From contig DJWZ01000062.1 in assembly GCA_002449535.1 (NCBI GenBank), forward strand, positions 17,369 to 81,368: 64,000 bases of DNA, written 5' to 3'. Numbering within the stretch: position 1 is the first letter of the stretch; each line of letters starts with the position of its first letter. This stretch comes from Prevotellaceae bacterium UBA7017 (GTDB lineage Bacteria; Bacteroidota; Bacteroidia; Bacteroidales; Bacteroidaceae). Made by a program: the position numbers and the translations under genes. This document shows positions 41,165 through 51,098 of this stretch, in pieces. The notes beneath the pieces are model-generated. The model saw nothing but the letters and a program-made list of their open reading frames with translations, made no database searches and had not been told where the DNA came from.

Positions 41165-43750
41165 TTATTTCAGTTTCTCCATTTCTAATGATGCCCAGAC
41201 GAAAGGTCCGATGCCCTTGGCGTCGTTGTCACGAATGGGTTCAGACATGTAGTATTCGAAAGAGCCGTCGCGCATCGGATTGTTCTCTGGTCCTAAGCCG
41301 CTGACGGAACAGCATTTCGTCAAGCTGATGGTAGGGATGCCGGCAGATGATGTCGGGGTGTCGATTCTGATGAAGTTCTTCAACAGTGCCTCATAAGCCT
41401 TCTTTCCCTTCTCCTTGTATGATTCGTCAAGATATCCTAAACGGGCTCCTTTCAGCATGACGTATGTAAACATTGCTGAAGCTGTTGATTCTAAGTAGTT
41501 GCGTGGGTCTTTTACGTCAAGCACATCATACCACACACCACTTTCCTTGTCCTGATATTTATATACGGCATCCATAGCCTGCTGTAGCATCGACTTTATC
41601 TCCTCGCGATGCTTGTAGTCCTCTGGCATTCCGTCAAGCACCTCTGTCATCGCCATCACGAACCACCCCAACGCCCTTGCCCATGTGTGTTGGCTGAGCC
41701 CGGTCTCTCTGTTCGCCCAGAACATGCTGTGCTTCTCGTCCCAAGCATGTTTCCAAAGTCCTGTCTGTTCGTCGTAGGTGCGGGCGAAGGTACGGCTAAT
41801 CTGCTTGAAAGCATCGTCATAATATTTCGATGCCTTCTTGCCCCTCATGTCTTCGGCAGCTAAGACATAAAATGGTAATCCCATAAAAATGCCGTCGAGC
41901 CATACTTGGTCGTGGTATATCTTCTTGTGCCACCATACACCTTCCTTTGTGCGTGGCTGCTTCTCCAACTGCTTAAAGAAAGTCTGCAGGGCTTTGTCAA
42001 GCCCTTCCTGCGGGAACAGTTTGTTGAGGCGATAAATGAAATGTGCCGTGCGGATGTTGTCGAGATTGAAGTCTTCGTACTTATATCCGGTGACATTTCC
42101 GTCTGCGTCAATCATCTGCTTGGCATAGCTGCAGACATATTCCTTCACATCGTCATTATGGTATGCTATCCAAGTGTCGAGCATACTTTCCAACTCTATT
42201 CCCATTACATACGACCATTTCCCTCGTGGGCGTTTTTTCTTGTCAGTGAAGTCGAGGTAAATAGGATTAGGATTACGTTGCATCTCGCTATAGGTCAGCC
42301 ATTCGGAGTAGTGTCCGTTGAAGGGCAGTTCTGCAAGTACTTGTTCACCGTTGATAACCAGATTCTCAAAATGTATGTCGTGCGACTTTCCCGTCCTGCG
42401 TACTTTCTCACTTGTAACGCCGTTGAAGATGCAGTTCTTTACATTTATATTATATATCTGGTCGGCATCCTCAAGACCATTAAGCAGTATGCCATATTTT
42501 GATTTCTGGCATGTTACGTTTTCCATATACACATTCCTAACAGTTGGGATGTGTCCGCGTTCAGAGATTTCTTTTGGCTCATATACAAGGTTTATGCGTA
42601 GGACAGCCTCGCGGCATTGCCCTACTTCCACGTTCCTCATGTATACGCCTTCAGTGACGCCACCTCTGCATGTGTTTGTCTTGATGCGAAGTACGCGGTC
42701 AAGGTTAGGGGAGTCCATCTTGCAGTTTTCGGCAAAGACATTCTTCACGCCTGCTGATATTTCAGAACCTACCACGACTCCTCCGTGACCGTCTTCCATA
42801 GTACATCCTCTGATGATGATGTTTTTAGAAGGAGTGCCGTTTCTCCTTCCGTCGGCATTGCGTCCTGACTTAATGGCAATGCAGTCGTCACCAGTATGGA
42901 AGATGTTGTTTTCTATCAGTACGTTCTCGCATGATTCTGGGTCGCAGCCGTCACCGTTAGGACCATTGTTTATAATCTTGCAATTACGGATTGTGATATT
43001 CTTTGACAATACCGGATGTATTACCCAAAATGGTGAGCGTAACATGGTGACGCCGTCTATGAGAATGCTCTGGCATTCGTAGAAGCAGACTAATTGCGGA
43101 CGCATGCCGTGTCCCATACCGAAGATACGCTGCTCTGTCGGTACACCGTTGTCCGACATCTTCAGCAGGGTGTTCCTGTTGGTGTCTCCTCCTGCTTCGT
43201 ATGGCATCTTTTGGCTTTCGGGTGTCTTGCCTTCCTCGTATCCGTATTTCGTTGCTCCACACCACTGCCACCAAGTCTCTTTGCTGCCATTGCCGTCAAT
43301 GGTTCCTTTGCCGGATATCGCAATGTTCTCTGCCTGATAAGCATAGATGCAGGGGGAATAGTTCATGATGTCGAGTCCCTCCCAGCGTGTCTTCACGAGT
43401 GGGTAGAGGGCTGGCTCATAGGCAAAGAGTAGGGTAGCACCCTTTTCTATCACCAAGTTGACGTTCGACTGTATGCGGATGGCACCAGTCAGATATGCCC
43501 CCTCTGGAATAATAACTTTTCCGCCTCCTGCTTTCGAACAGGCAGCAATGGCTTTGTTGATAGCATTCTGATTGGCTTTTGCGGATGCTTTTGGTGAGGC
43601 ACCGTATTTTGTTACTCTATAACTCTTGTCAGCAAATGTGGGGGCAACGATGCTGCTCTCTATCTGCTTATAAAGTACATCATCCCATCCCTTAGCATTG
43701 CTGCTAAGAAATGGGATAATGCTAAGTAGTATTATATTTAAGAATTTCAC
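41165..43750 (-). CDS. GH28 polygalacturonase fused to GH105 unsaturated rhamnogalacturonyl hydrolase
   Basis: NGDG, GDDCIAIKSG, GHGG and RIKT (GH28); NLDNI, WLDGIFM, WARALGW and ESTASAM (GH105). Confidence 0.9.
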   Translation of the reverse strand: MKFLNIILLSIIPFLSSNAKGWDDVLYKQIESSIVAPTFADKSYRVTKYGASPKASAKANQNAINKAIAACSKAGGGKVIIPEGAYLTGAIRIQSNVNLVIEKGATLLFAYEPALYPLVKTRWEGLDIMNYSPCIYAYQAENIAISGKGTIDGNGSKETWWQWCGATKYGYEEGKTPESQKMPYEAGGDTNRNTLLKMSDNGVPTEQRIFGMGHGMRPQLVCFYECQSILIDGVTMLRSPFWVIHPVLSKNITIRNCKIINNGPNGDGCDPESCENVLIENNIFHTGDDCIAIKSGRNADGRRNGTPSKNIIIRGCTMEDGHGGVVVGSEISAGVKNVFAENCKMDSPNLDRVLRIKTNTCRGGVTEGVYMRNVEVGQCREAVLRINLVYEPKEISERGHIPTVRNVYMENVTCQKSKYGILLNGLEDADQIYNINVKNCIFNGVTSEKVRRTGKSHDIHFENLVINGEQVLAELPFNGHYSEWLTYSEMQRNPNPIYLDFTDKKKRPRGKWSYVMGIELESMLDTWIAYHNDDVKEYVCSYAKQMIDADGNVTGYKYEDFNLDNIRTAHFIYRLNKLFPQEGLDKALQTFFKQLEKQPRTKEGVWWHKKIYHDQVWLDGIFMGLPFYVLAAEDMRGKKASKYYDDAFKQISRTFARTYDEQTGLWKHAWDEKHSMFWANRETGLSQHTWARALGWFVMAMTEVLDGMPEDYKHREEIKSMLQQAMDAVYKYQDKESGVWYDVLDVKDPRNYLESTASAMFTYVMLKGARLGYLDESYKEKGKKAYEALLKNFIRIDTPTSSAGIPTISLTKCCSVSGLGPENNPMRDGSFEYYMSEPIRDNDAKGIGPFVWASLEMEKLK

Positions 43751-44484
43751 TCTGGCTTCATGTTAGTATATACCGTTTGTACATCGTCAAATTCTTCGAG
43801 TTTCTCCACCATCTTGTCAATGGTTGCGCGCTGTTCATCATTAACGTCTTTCAGGTCGTTTGGAATGTAGGTGAATTCACCACCGATGTCCTCAAAACCC
43901 TTCTCTTCCAGAAACTTTTGAATCTGTGCGTATGACTTTGGGTCGCCATAGACGGAGATTGTTGTCTCGTCCTTCTCCTCGTCATAGTTCTCGTCATACT
44001 CGTCATCAACGTTGAAGTCGATGAGTTCCAGAATAAGGTCGTCCATATCTACGTCATCCTTCTTCTTGAAGGTGAAGACACACTTATGGTCGAAGAGGAA
44101 ACTCAGAGAACCGGTTGTTCCAAGGTTACCTGAGAACTTGTTGAAGACAGAACGTACGTCGGCAACGGTACGTGTGGTATTGTCTGTCAGTGTGTCAACA
44201 AATACGGCAATGCCATGAGGACCATATCCCTCGTATGTCACCTCCTTGTATTCAGACTGGTCTTTACCCATAGCGTTCTTGATGGCACGCTCGATGTTAT
44301 CCTTCGGCATGTTCTCACGCTTACAGGTAGCGATGATAGAACGCAGTGTAGGGTTTGTGTCTGGATCAGGACCGCCTGCTTTTACTGCAATGGCAATCTG
44401 TTTTCCCAAGCGTGTGAACGTCTTTGCCATGTGACCCCAACGCTTCAGCTTTGTAGCTTTACGATATTCAAATGCTCTTCCCAT
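43747..44484 (-). CDS. yebC: YebC/PmpR family regulatory protein
   Basis: MGRAFEYRK, YEGYGPHG, DDVQTVYTN. Confidence 0.93.
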   Translation of the reverse strand: MGRAFEYRKATKLKRWGHMAKTFTRLGKQIAIAVKAGGPDPDTNPTLRSIIATCKRENMPKDNIERAIKNAMGKDQSEYKEVTYEGYGPHGIAVFVDTLTDNTTRTVADVRSVFNKFSGNLGTTGSLSFLFDHKCVFTFKKKDDVDMDDLILELIDFNVDDEYDENYDEEKDETTISVYGDPKSYAQIQKFLEEKGFEDIGGEFTYIPNDLKDVNDEQRATIDKMVEKLEEFDDVQTVYTNMKPE

Positions 44485-44548
44485 TTTGTTGTATTATTTT
44501 AATTGTTTTTATTATCTAATAGAACTAATTGGTCCTATTGGACCGATT

Positions 44549-47023
44549 TTATCTCAGTTCACAATTCAGTTCCTTCTTCAGGTTCAGAATGAGTTTTGTC
44601 ATGATTGCCTCTATCTGTCTGTCGTTCATGGTCTTCTCTGGGTCAGTGAAGACGAAGTTTACGGCATACGACTTCTTTCCTTCAGGCAGGTTCTTGCCCT
44701 CATAAACGTCAAACAATTCTACCTTTGTAAGCAGTTTCTTCTCTGTCTGGCGAGCTATCTTCTCTACCTGTGCAAATTCTATCTTGGAATCCAGCAGCAA
44801 AGCAAGGTCGCGTGAAACAGATGGGAACTTAGGAATCTCCGTGAAATGTACTTCTGCTTTCTTGACAGCATTTGTTACCTGTGTCCAGTAGATGTCAGCA
44901 AAATATACAGGAGCGTCGATAAGCACATTGTTTGCTTTGTTCATCGACTGCTGCTTGCTTACGATACCCATCTCTACGAATACCTTTCCGCTGCGGTTCT
45001 TCAGAGTAAGACCTGTTGAGAAGATGTCGTTGCTGCTCTTCTCGCATACCAGCATACCATTTGGCATACCGATGCGCTTGAGGATGTTCTCAACATGTGC
45101 CTTCAACTCGTAGAAAGAAGAGTCTTCATTCGCATGTGCCCATGAACCTTCCACTCTCTTACCTGTTATCCAGAGTCCCAGGTGGGTCTCTTCTGAATAT
45201 GCCTTCATAGGATTCTCGTCATCCCTCTTGTCTTCAAAGTGCTGGTAGCAGTTACCGAATTCGAAGAATCTGAGGTTTGGCATCTTTCTGTTGGCATTTC
45301 TCATGATGCTTTCTAAACCGCCGAAGAGCAATGTCTGACGCATTACGTTGAGGTCGCTTGACAAAGGATTTACTATCGTTACGAGGTTCTCCTTTGGATA
45401 TGCTTTCAGTTCGTTATAGTATGCACCCTTGGTGAGTGAGTTGTTCAGTATTTCGTTGAAGCCGCTGCCTACGAGCTGTTCTGATACCAGGTTCTGCATC
45501 TTGTGCCTCTGGTCCTCGAATGCCTTGGTAGTAAGACTTGACTTCAGCTGTGTCGGAATCTCTACATTGTTATAACCATAGATGCGCAGTATGTCCTCTA
45601 CTACGTCGCATGGTCTCTGAACGTCAACCCTGTATGCAGGAACGGTAATCTGCAGTCCTTCGGCATCCTCGCTGTTTATCTCTATCTCTAAAGATGTCAG
45701 GATGTTCTTGATGACATCGTGACCTATCTTCTTGCCGATGAGGCTGTCAACGTATGAGAAGTCAAGTCTCATGTTAGGATTCTCAATCTTGTTAGGATAT
45801 TCATCTACTATGTCGCTTGAAATCTTTGCTCCTGCCAATTCCTTGCATAGCAGTGCAGCCTGCTTCAGGGCGTATATAGTGCCGTTAGGGTCTATGCCTC
45901 TCTCAAAACGGAAAGAAGCATCTGTGCTCAAACCGTGTCTGCGGGCAGATTTTCTTATCCATGTAGGATGGAAGTATGCTGCCTCCAATACTACATTTTT
46001 TGTTGTTTCGTATGTGCCGGAACCCTTACCACCGAAGACACCTGCTATACACATTGGCTCTTCGGCATTGCAGATGGCAAGGTCGTGCTCGCCAAGTGTG
46101 TGCTCTTCTCCGTCAAGGGTGATGAACTTCTTGCCAGCATTCTGGTCTTTAACAATAATCTTGTGACCTGTCACCATGTCTGCATCATAGCAGTGCAGAG
46201 GTTGTCCGTATGCCATCATGACGTAGTTTGTGATGTCAACGATGTTGTTGATGGGACGCAAGCCGATGATGTTCAGTTTGTTCTTCAGCCATTCTGGTGA
46301 CTCTTTTACCTCGCAGTCGGTAAGGCTTACGCATGTAAACCTACGGCAAGCTTCCGGGTTCTGTATTTCTACGTCTATTGTCAGGTCGTGATTGTCAACC
46401 TTGAAGTCCTTGTCTGATGGTTTGTGAATTGCCGTCTTGTAACCATTTGAGCACAACCAAGCATACAGGTCGCGGGCTACTCCATAGTGGCTCAAGCCGT
46501 CAGCTCTGTTGGCTGTAATGTCAACCTCTATCAGCCAGTCGCTCTCCAGATTGTAATATTCTGCAGCAGGAGTACCTACTTTTACATCTTCTGGCAATAC
46601 TATGATGCCGTCGTGGCTGGTGCCGATGCCTATCTCGTCCTCAGCACATATCATGCCGTTAGACTCTACGCCACGCAGCTTTGATTTCTTAATCTTAAAT
46701 TCCTTGTCACCATCATACAGCACGCACCCCAGGTCGGCTACTATCACCTTCTGTCCTGCTGCCACGTTGGGAGCACCACAGACAATCTGTGATGGTTCTT
46801 CTCTACCTAAGTCCACGCTGCAAACGTGCATGTGGTCACTGTCAGGATGAGGCTCGCAAGTGAGAACCTGTCCTATATACAATCCTTTAAGGCCGCCTTT
46901 GATGGTTTGTACCTCTTCCAATGCGTCCACCTCCAAACCTGTGCTGGTGAGTGCCGCACAAACCTCTTCTGGTGTCAGGTCGAAGTCAACATACTCTTTC
47001 AGCCATTTGTATGAAATGTTCAT
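44549..47023 (-). CDS. pheT: phenylalanyl-tRNA synthetase beta subunit
   Basis: IVCGAPNV, NRADGLS, RFERG, RDLALL...FDVYEG. Confidence 0.97.
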   Translation of the reverse strand: MNISYKWLKEYVDFDLTPEEVCAALTSTGLEVDALEEVQTIKGGLKGLYIGQVLTCEPHPDSDHMHVCSVDLGREEPSQIVCGAPNVAAGQKVIVADLGCVLYDGDKEFKIKKSKLRGVESNGMICAEDEIGIGTSHDGIIVLPEDVKVGTPAAEYYNLESDWLIEVDITANRADGLSHYGVARDLYAWLCSNGYKTAIHKPSDKDFKVDNHDLTIDVEIQNPEACRRFTCVSLTDCEVKESPEWLKNKLNIIGLRPINNIVDITNYVMMAYGQPLHCYDADMVTGHKIIVKDQNAGKKFITLDGEEHTLGEHDLAICNAEEPMCIAGVFGGKGSGTYETTKNVVLEAAYFHPTWIRKSARRHGLSTDASFRFERGIDPNGTIYALKQAALLCKELAGAKISSDIVDEYPNKIENPNMRLDFSYVDSLIGKKIGHDVIKNILTSLEIEINSEDAEGLQITVPAYRVDVQRPCDVVEDILRIYGYNNVEIPTQLKSSLTTKAFEDQRHKMQNLVSEQLVGSGFNEILNNSLTKGAYYNELKAYPKENLVTIVNPLSSDLNVMRQTLLFGGLESIMRNANRKMPNLRFFEFGNCYQHFEDKRDDENPMKAYSEETHLGLWITGKRVEGSWAHANEDSSFYELKAHVENILKRIGMPNGMLVCEKSSNDIFSTGLTLKNRSGKVFVEMGIVSKQQSMNKANNVLIDAPVYFADIYWTQVTNAVKKAEVHFTEIPKFPSVSRDLALLLDSKIEFAQVEKIARQTEKKLLTKVELFDVYEGKNLPEGKKSYAVNFVFTDPEKTMNDRQIEAIMTKLILNLKKELNCELR

Positions 47024-47306
47024 GTCTTTATAATTGTTGTGTTATTATATTCAGAAGTCTTGTGTTCCTTATGCCTACGCGTGAGCGCGTAAACAGAAAA
47101 GCGGTGCAAAGATATAAAAAAGTTCTTTAATACACAAATTTTTTACTACCTTTGACATTTATCCGTAGTATGCAGTACCTAAAAATAGCAAATTATTTTG
47201 TTTTTTTACATACTAAATAGTAATTTTGCAGTCGCAAATCTGCTTATGCAGCTTTGTGTTCGGTACTGCTCTTCTGGGGCAATGAAATAACCTGCAAATT
47301 GTTTCT

Positions 47307-48092
47307 ATGAGATATTTCATACATCTGTCCTTTGACGGTTCTCGCTATCACGGATGGCAGATACAGCCTAACGGCATAAGTGTTGAGGGCGAATTGGAAC
47401 GCTACCTCTCTACTCTTTTGTCTGCTCCTGTTGGTGTAGTTGGGGCAGGTCGCACAGATGCTGGGGTGCATGCTCGTCACATGGTGGCTCATTTTGATGC
47501 TCCTGATGGCGCAGGAACTCTTGTGGCAGATACCTCGCAGCTGGCATACAAGCTGAACAGAATGCTTCCACCAGACATAAGAATCAGCAGTATCGAGGAG
47601 GTCGCTGACGATATGCATGCACGTTTCTCTGCCAAGTGGCGCACATATCATTATTATCTCTCTCTGACACCGACTCCCTTTAATCGTCATTATACGTGGC
47701 TTTGCCATTACAACCTCGATTTCCCTCTTATGAATGAGGCTGCCAACCTGCTGATGCAGTATGATGACTTTGCTTGTTTCTGCAAGAGTCATACCGATGT
47801 AAAGACAACTCTCTGTAATGTTGTGCAGGCAGAATGGATAAAGATACCATCTCACCCCCCAATTGTCAATTGTCAATTGTCAACTGTCAATTGTCCTGAT
47901 TGGGTGTTTGTTATCAAGGCAAACCGCTTCTTGCGAAACATGGTGCGTGCAGTTGTCGGAACCCTCGTTGAGGTAGGACGCCACCGTATGTCCCTTGAGC
48001 AGTTCCGCTCAGTCATAGAGGGCAAAAGCCGTTGCCAGGCAGGCGAATCAATGCCCGGAAATGCTTTGTTCCTTGAGAAGATTGAGTATTAG
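47307..48092 (+). CDS. truA: tRNA pseudouridine(38-40) synthase
   Basis: YHGWQIQPN, GRTDAGVHA, HARFSA, FLRNMVR. Confidence 0.95.
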   Translation: MRYFIHLSFDGSRYHGWQIQPNGISVEGELERYLSTLLSAPVGVVGAGRTDAGVHARHMVAHFDAPDGAGTLVADTSQLAYKLNRMLPPDIRISSIEEVADDMHARFSAKWRTYHYYLSLTPTPFNRHYTWLCHYNLDFPLMNEAANLLMQYDDFACFCKSHTDVKTTLCNVVQAEWIKIPSHPPIVNCQLSTVNCPDWVFVIKANRFLRNMVRAVVGTLVEVGRHRMSLEQFRSVIEGKSRCQAGESMPGNALFLEKIEY

Positions 48093-48131
48093 TTTTAAGT
48101 GAAAAGTGAAGAATGTTGTGTCCTTTGACCT

Positions 48132-49079
48132 TTAAGCGTTCGCTTTTCTGTATTTATATAGCTGATAGGTGTTTACCAGATTGTGCCAGATGGAGTAAAA
48201 GCCGCCTGCTGTGGCGCTGATGGGTGACAGGAAGGTGTATCCTAACCAAATGGCGAAGATGGTGTTCTTCTGTCCCAAAGCCTGTCCGCCTTCCAGTCGG
48301 CATCCGTAGTGCTCTCCGATAGTCTTTCCCAGCCAGAATTGCAGCAGGCATCCTGCAAGCGATACTCCGGCAATACCAAGCATCTCGGCAATGCTGATGC
48401 TGCTGTTGTAAAGTGCTCTTACGGTAACAGCTATCGCCAATGATAATGCCACTGTCCACATATGGAATGCCAAATCCTTTTGGCTAAGTATCATGTTGAG
48501 CAGTTTCGGAAAGAAAAGCCTTACCCCCCATGCGGCAAACAATGGCGCCAGCAATAGCGGGAATACATGTCTCAATATCAGCAACAGGGTAGGCAGAAAT
48601 GCCATTCCGTGACGTGCAGAGGCAAGGGGCAGGAAGACGGGTATAATCATCGCTGTCACGATACATATCAGTATGGTGTATGTCGTCGTCAGTCCTGCAT
48701 CACCTCTCAACTTTGATGTCACTACGGCGCATGCCGTTGCGGTGGGACATATCATTACCAGCAGGAATGTCTCTGCCATCAGGCGGTATTCCGTCTGCGG
48801 AAAGAGGTAAAGTACAATGCATGTCAGTATGAAGAATACGGATTGTATCATTATCAGCCACAGGTGTACCATCTTTGGCTTCAGCGCCGATGGCGGCACC
48901 TTGCAGAATGTAACGAATAGCATGCAGAAAAGCAGTGCAGGCTGCAGTATCTCTATTCCCTGTACTATGTCTCTTTTTATGTCTGTATCCAAGGGCAGTT
49001 CCCTGCCTATGATATATCCTAACGCCCCAATCGTCATCGATATGGGCAACGCCCAGTTTTTTATAAAGCGGAGTAACAT
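48132..49079 (-). CDS. bile acid:sodium symporter family transporter
   Basis: Multiple TM helices; CPTATA and GQALGQKNT; start MLLRF at 49079. Confidence 0.75.
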   Translation of the reverse strand: MLLRFIKNWALPISMTIGALGYIIGRELPLDTDIKRDIVQGIEILQPALLFCMLFVTFCKVPPSALKPKMVHLWLIMIQSVFFILTCIVLYLFPQTEYRLMAETFLLVMICPTATACAVVTSKLRGDAGLTTTYTILICIVTAMIIPVFLPLASARHGMAFLPTLLLILRHVFPLLLAPLFAAWGVRLFFPKLLNMILSQKDLAFHMWTVALSLAIAVTVRALYNSSISIAEMLGIAGVSLAGCLLQFWLGKTIGEHYGCRLEGGQALGQKNTIFAIWLGYTFLSPISATAGGFYSIWHNLVNTYQLYKYRKANA

Positions 49080-50548
49080 TTCTTTATGCCTTGTTCTCTG
49101 TGTTCTACATGCACCTCGATGCCGTATTTCTCGTGTATGTGTTCTGCCAAATGCTGTGCAGAATAGACACTTCTGTGCTGTCCTCCTGTGCATCCGAAGG
49201 AGAACATCAGGCTCGTAAAACCTCTCTTCATATATCTCTCCACATGGGCATCTGCCAACTTATAGACACTCTCTAAGAATGTCAGTATTTCTCCGTCGTC
49301 TTCCAAGAAGCGTATCACGGGTTCGTCTAGTCCTGTCAGTTTCTTGTACGGCTCATAGCGTCCCGGATTGTGGGTAGAACGGCAGTCAAAAACATACCCG
49401 CCGCCGTTGCCAGAGGGGTCTTCTGGAATGCCTTTGTGGTATGAGAAGGAATAGACCCTCACCACCAACGGTCCCTTTCCGTCATATTTTGATACTGTTG
49501 GCTTACCATCATTATGCACCTTTGGCTTTGGTGCAAACTGCGGCAGTTCTGTCAGTTCTTTCAGTATGGTGACAAGATAAGGGTAGGGGAAGTCATTCTT
49601 TGCCAGTAAGTCCCTGAGGTTTTGTATGGCGAAGGGAATGCTTTCTATGAAGTGTGCCTTGCGTTCAAAATATCCCCTGAATCCGTATGCCCCCAATACC
49701 TGCATGGTGCGGAAGAGAACAAACAATTGCAGTTTTTCGTTGAATGCCCTGAACGACGGTACTTCGGTATATTGCTTCAGGGCGTCGTAGTACTCCCTTA
49801 TGAGTTCTTTTCTAAGGCTGTCCGAATAGCGTGCTGCTGCCTGCCACAGGAATGATGCCACGTCATAATAATACGGTCCTCGTCTGCCCCCTTGGAAGTC
49901 TATGAAGTATGGCTTTCCTTTTGCGTCGAGCATTACGTTGCGGGCTTGGAAGTCCCTGTATAGGAATGCTTCCGTAGGTGTCGTGGTGCTTGCTTCAAGG
50001 TCTTTTGCTAAAAGGCGGAAGTTTGCCTCCAGTTTTAGCTCGTGGAAGTCGGGTAGGGTTTCTTTCAGGAAGCAATACTTGAAATAGTTCAGGTCGAAGA
50101 GTATTCCCTCCTGATCGAATGCCGGTTGTGGATAGCATACCGAGAAGTCCAGTCCTCGTGCTCCTCTTATCTGTACGTTAGGCAGTTCTCTGATGGTTCG
50201 TCTGAGCAGTTCCTTCTCCTTTACGTTATAGCGTCCTCCTGCATCGCGTCCTCCCTTAATGGCGTCATATAGCGACAGGGTGCCGAGGTCGTTCTGTATG
50301 TATCTCAGTTCGTCTTCGCTCTCTGCCAACACCTTAGGCACGGGGAGCTTGCGTTTTGTAAAATGTTTTGCCAATGACAGGAAGGCGTGGTTCTCATCCT
50401 TAGATGTCCCCACACAGCCGATGTATGTCTTTCCGTTTTCGTCGGTTATCCTGTAATATTCTCTATTACTGCCGGCTCCTGGCAGTCTTTCCATCTTTAC
50501 CGGTTCTGTGCCGTGCCAGGCGGTATATAGCTCTCTTAGTTTTTGCAT
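49061..50548 (-). CDS. phosphotransferase (AmgK/APH-like) with RapZ C-terminal domain
   Basis: AGSNREYYR, YRDFQARN, IDFQG; FDCR..HNPG and GCTGGQHRSV. Confidence 0.85.
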   Translation of the reverse strand: MQKLRELYTAWHGTEPVKMERLPGAGSNREYYRITDENGKTYIGCVGTSKDENHAFLSLAKHFTKRKLPVPKVLAESEDELRYIQNDLGTLSLYDAIKGGRDAGGRYNVKEKELLRRTIRELPNVQIRGARGLDFSVCYPQPAFDQEGILFDLNYFKYCFLKETLPDFHELKLEANFRLLAKDLEASTTTPTEAFLYRDFQARNVMLDAKGKPYFIDFQGGRRGPYYYDVASFLWQAAARYSDSLRKELIREYYDALKQYTEVPSFRAFNEKLQLFVLFRTMQVLGAYGFRGYFERKAHFIESIPFAIQNLRDLLAKNDFPYPYLVTILKELTELPQFAPKPKVHNDGKPTVSKYDGKGPLVVRVYSFSYHKGIPEDPSGNGGGYVFDCRSTHNPGRYEPYKKLTGLDEPVIRFLEDDGEILTFLESVYKLADAHVERYMKRGFTSLMFSFGCTGGQHRSVYSAQHLAEHIHEKYGIEVHVEHREQGIKKCYSAL

Positions 50549-50931
50549 AGTGCTTGCATTAAAATGTCAGTGTCTCCCAGTTTTCCGTTTATCAGGCATA
50601 CAGCCTCTACCTTCGCTTTCAGGCATAGAGTATTGTCGGGTATTCGGTAGATGTTTTGCAGGAAGATATATCTCAGTCCCTCCTTTACCATGTTTATGCG
50701 AACTGCATATTCGTCGCGTGAGCGGAGGGGCACCTTGAAGCGCATTTCTATCTTTGCCACTACGCAGTCGATGCCCTGCTCATGCAGTTCAGCAAAACTG
50801 ATGCCGTTGGCAAGCAGGAATTCATGTCGAGCATGCTCTGTATAATGTTGGTAGTTGGCATTATTCACAATGCCCTGCAGGTCGCATTCATAATCGCGTA
50901 CCTTGTCCCTATGTTCAAATAAATATTCCAT
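50536..50931 (-). CDS. acyl-CoA thioesterase (YbgC/4HBT family)
   Basis: VRDYECDLQGIVNNANY..Y.EHAR. Confidence 0.88.
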   Translation of the reverse strand: MEYLFEHRDKVRDYECDLQGIVNNANYQHYTEHARHEFLLANGISFAELHEQGIDCVVAKIEMRFKVPLRSRDEYAVRINMVKEGLRYIFLQNIYRIPDNTLCLKAKVEAVCLINGKLGDTDILMQALCKN

Positions 50932-51098
50932 AAACGCCGCGAAATTACAAAAAAAAACTCATTGCAACAAGAAAAATAAAATATATTTGATTTTTTTGCC
51001 TTAAAGCGACATCACACGTAATGGTCATAATATATAATAGCTAATTTTGTATGCGAAAAGGAAAATCACATTATTTGTTAACAAAAAGTCATTACTAT

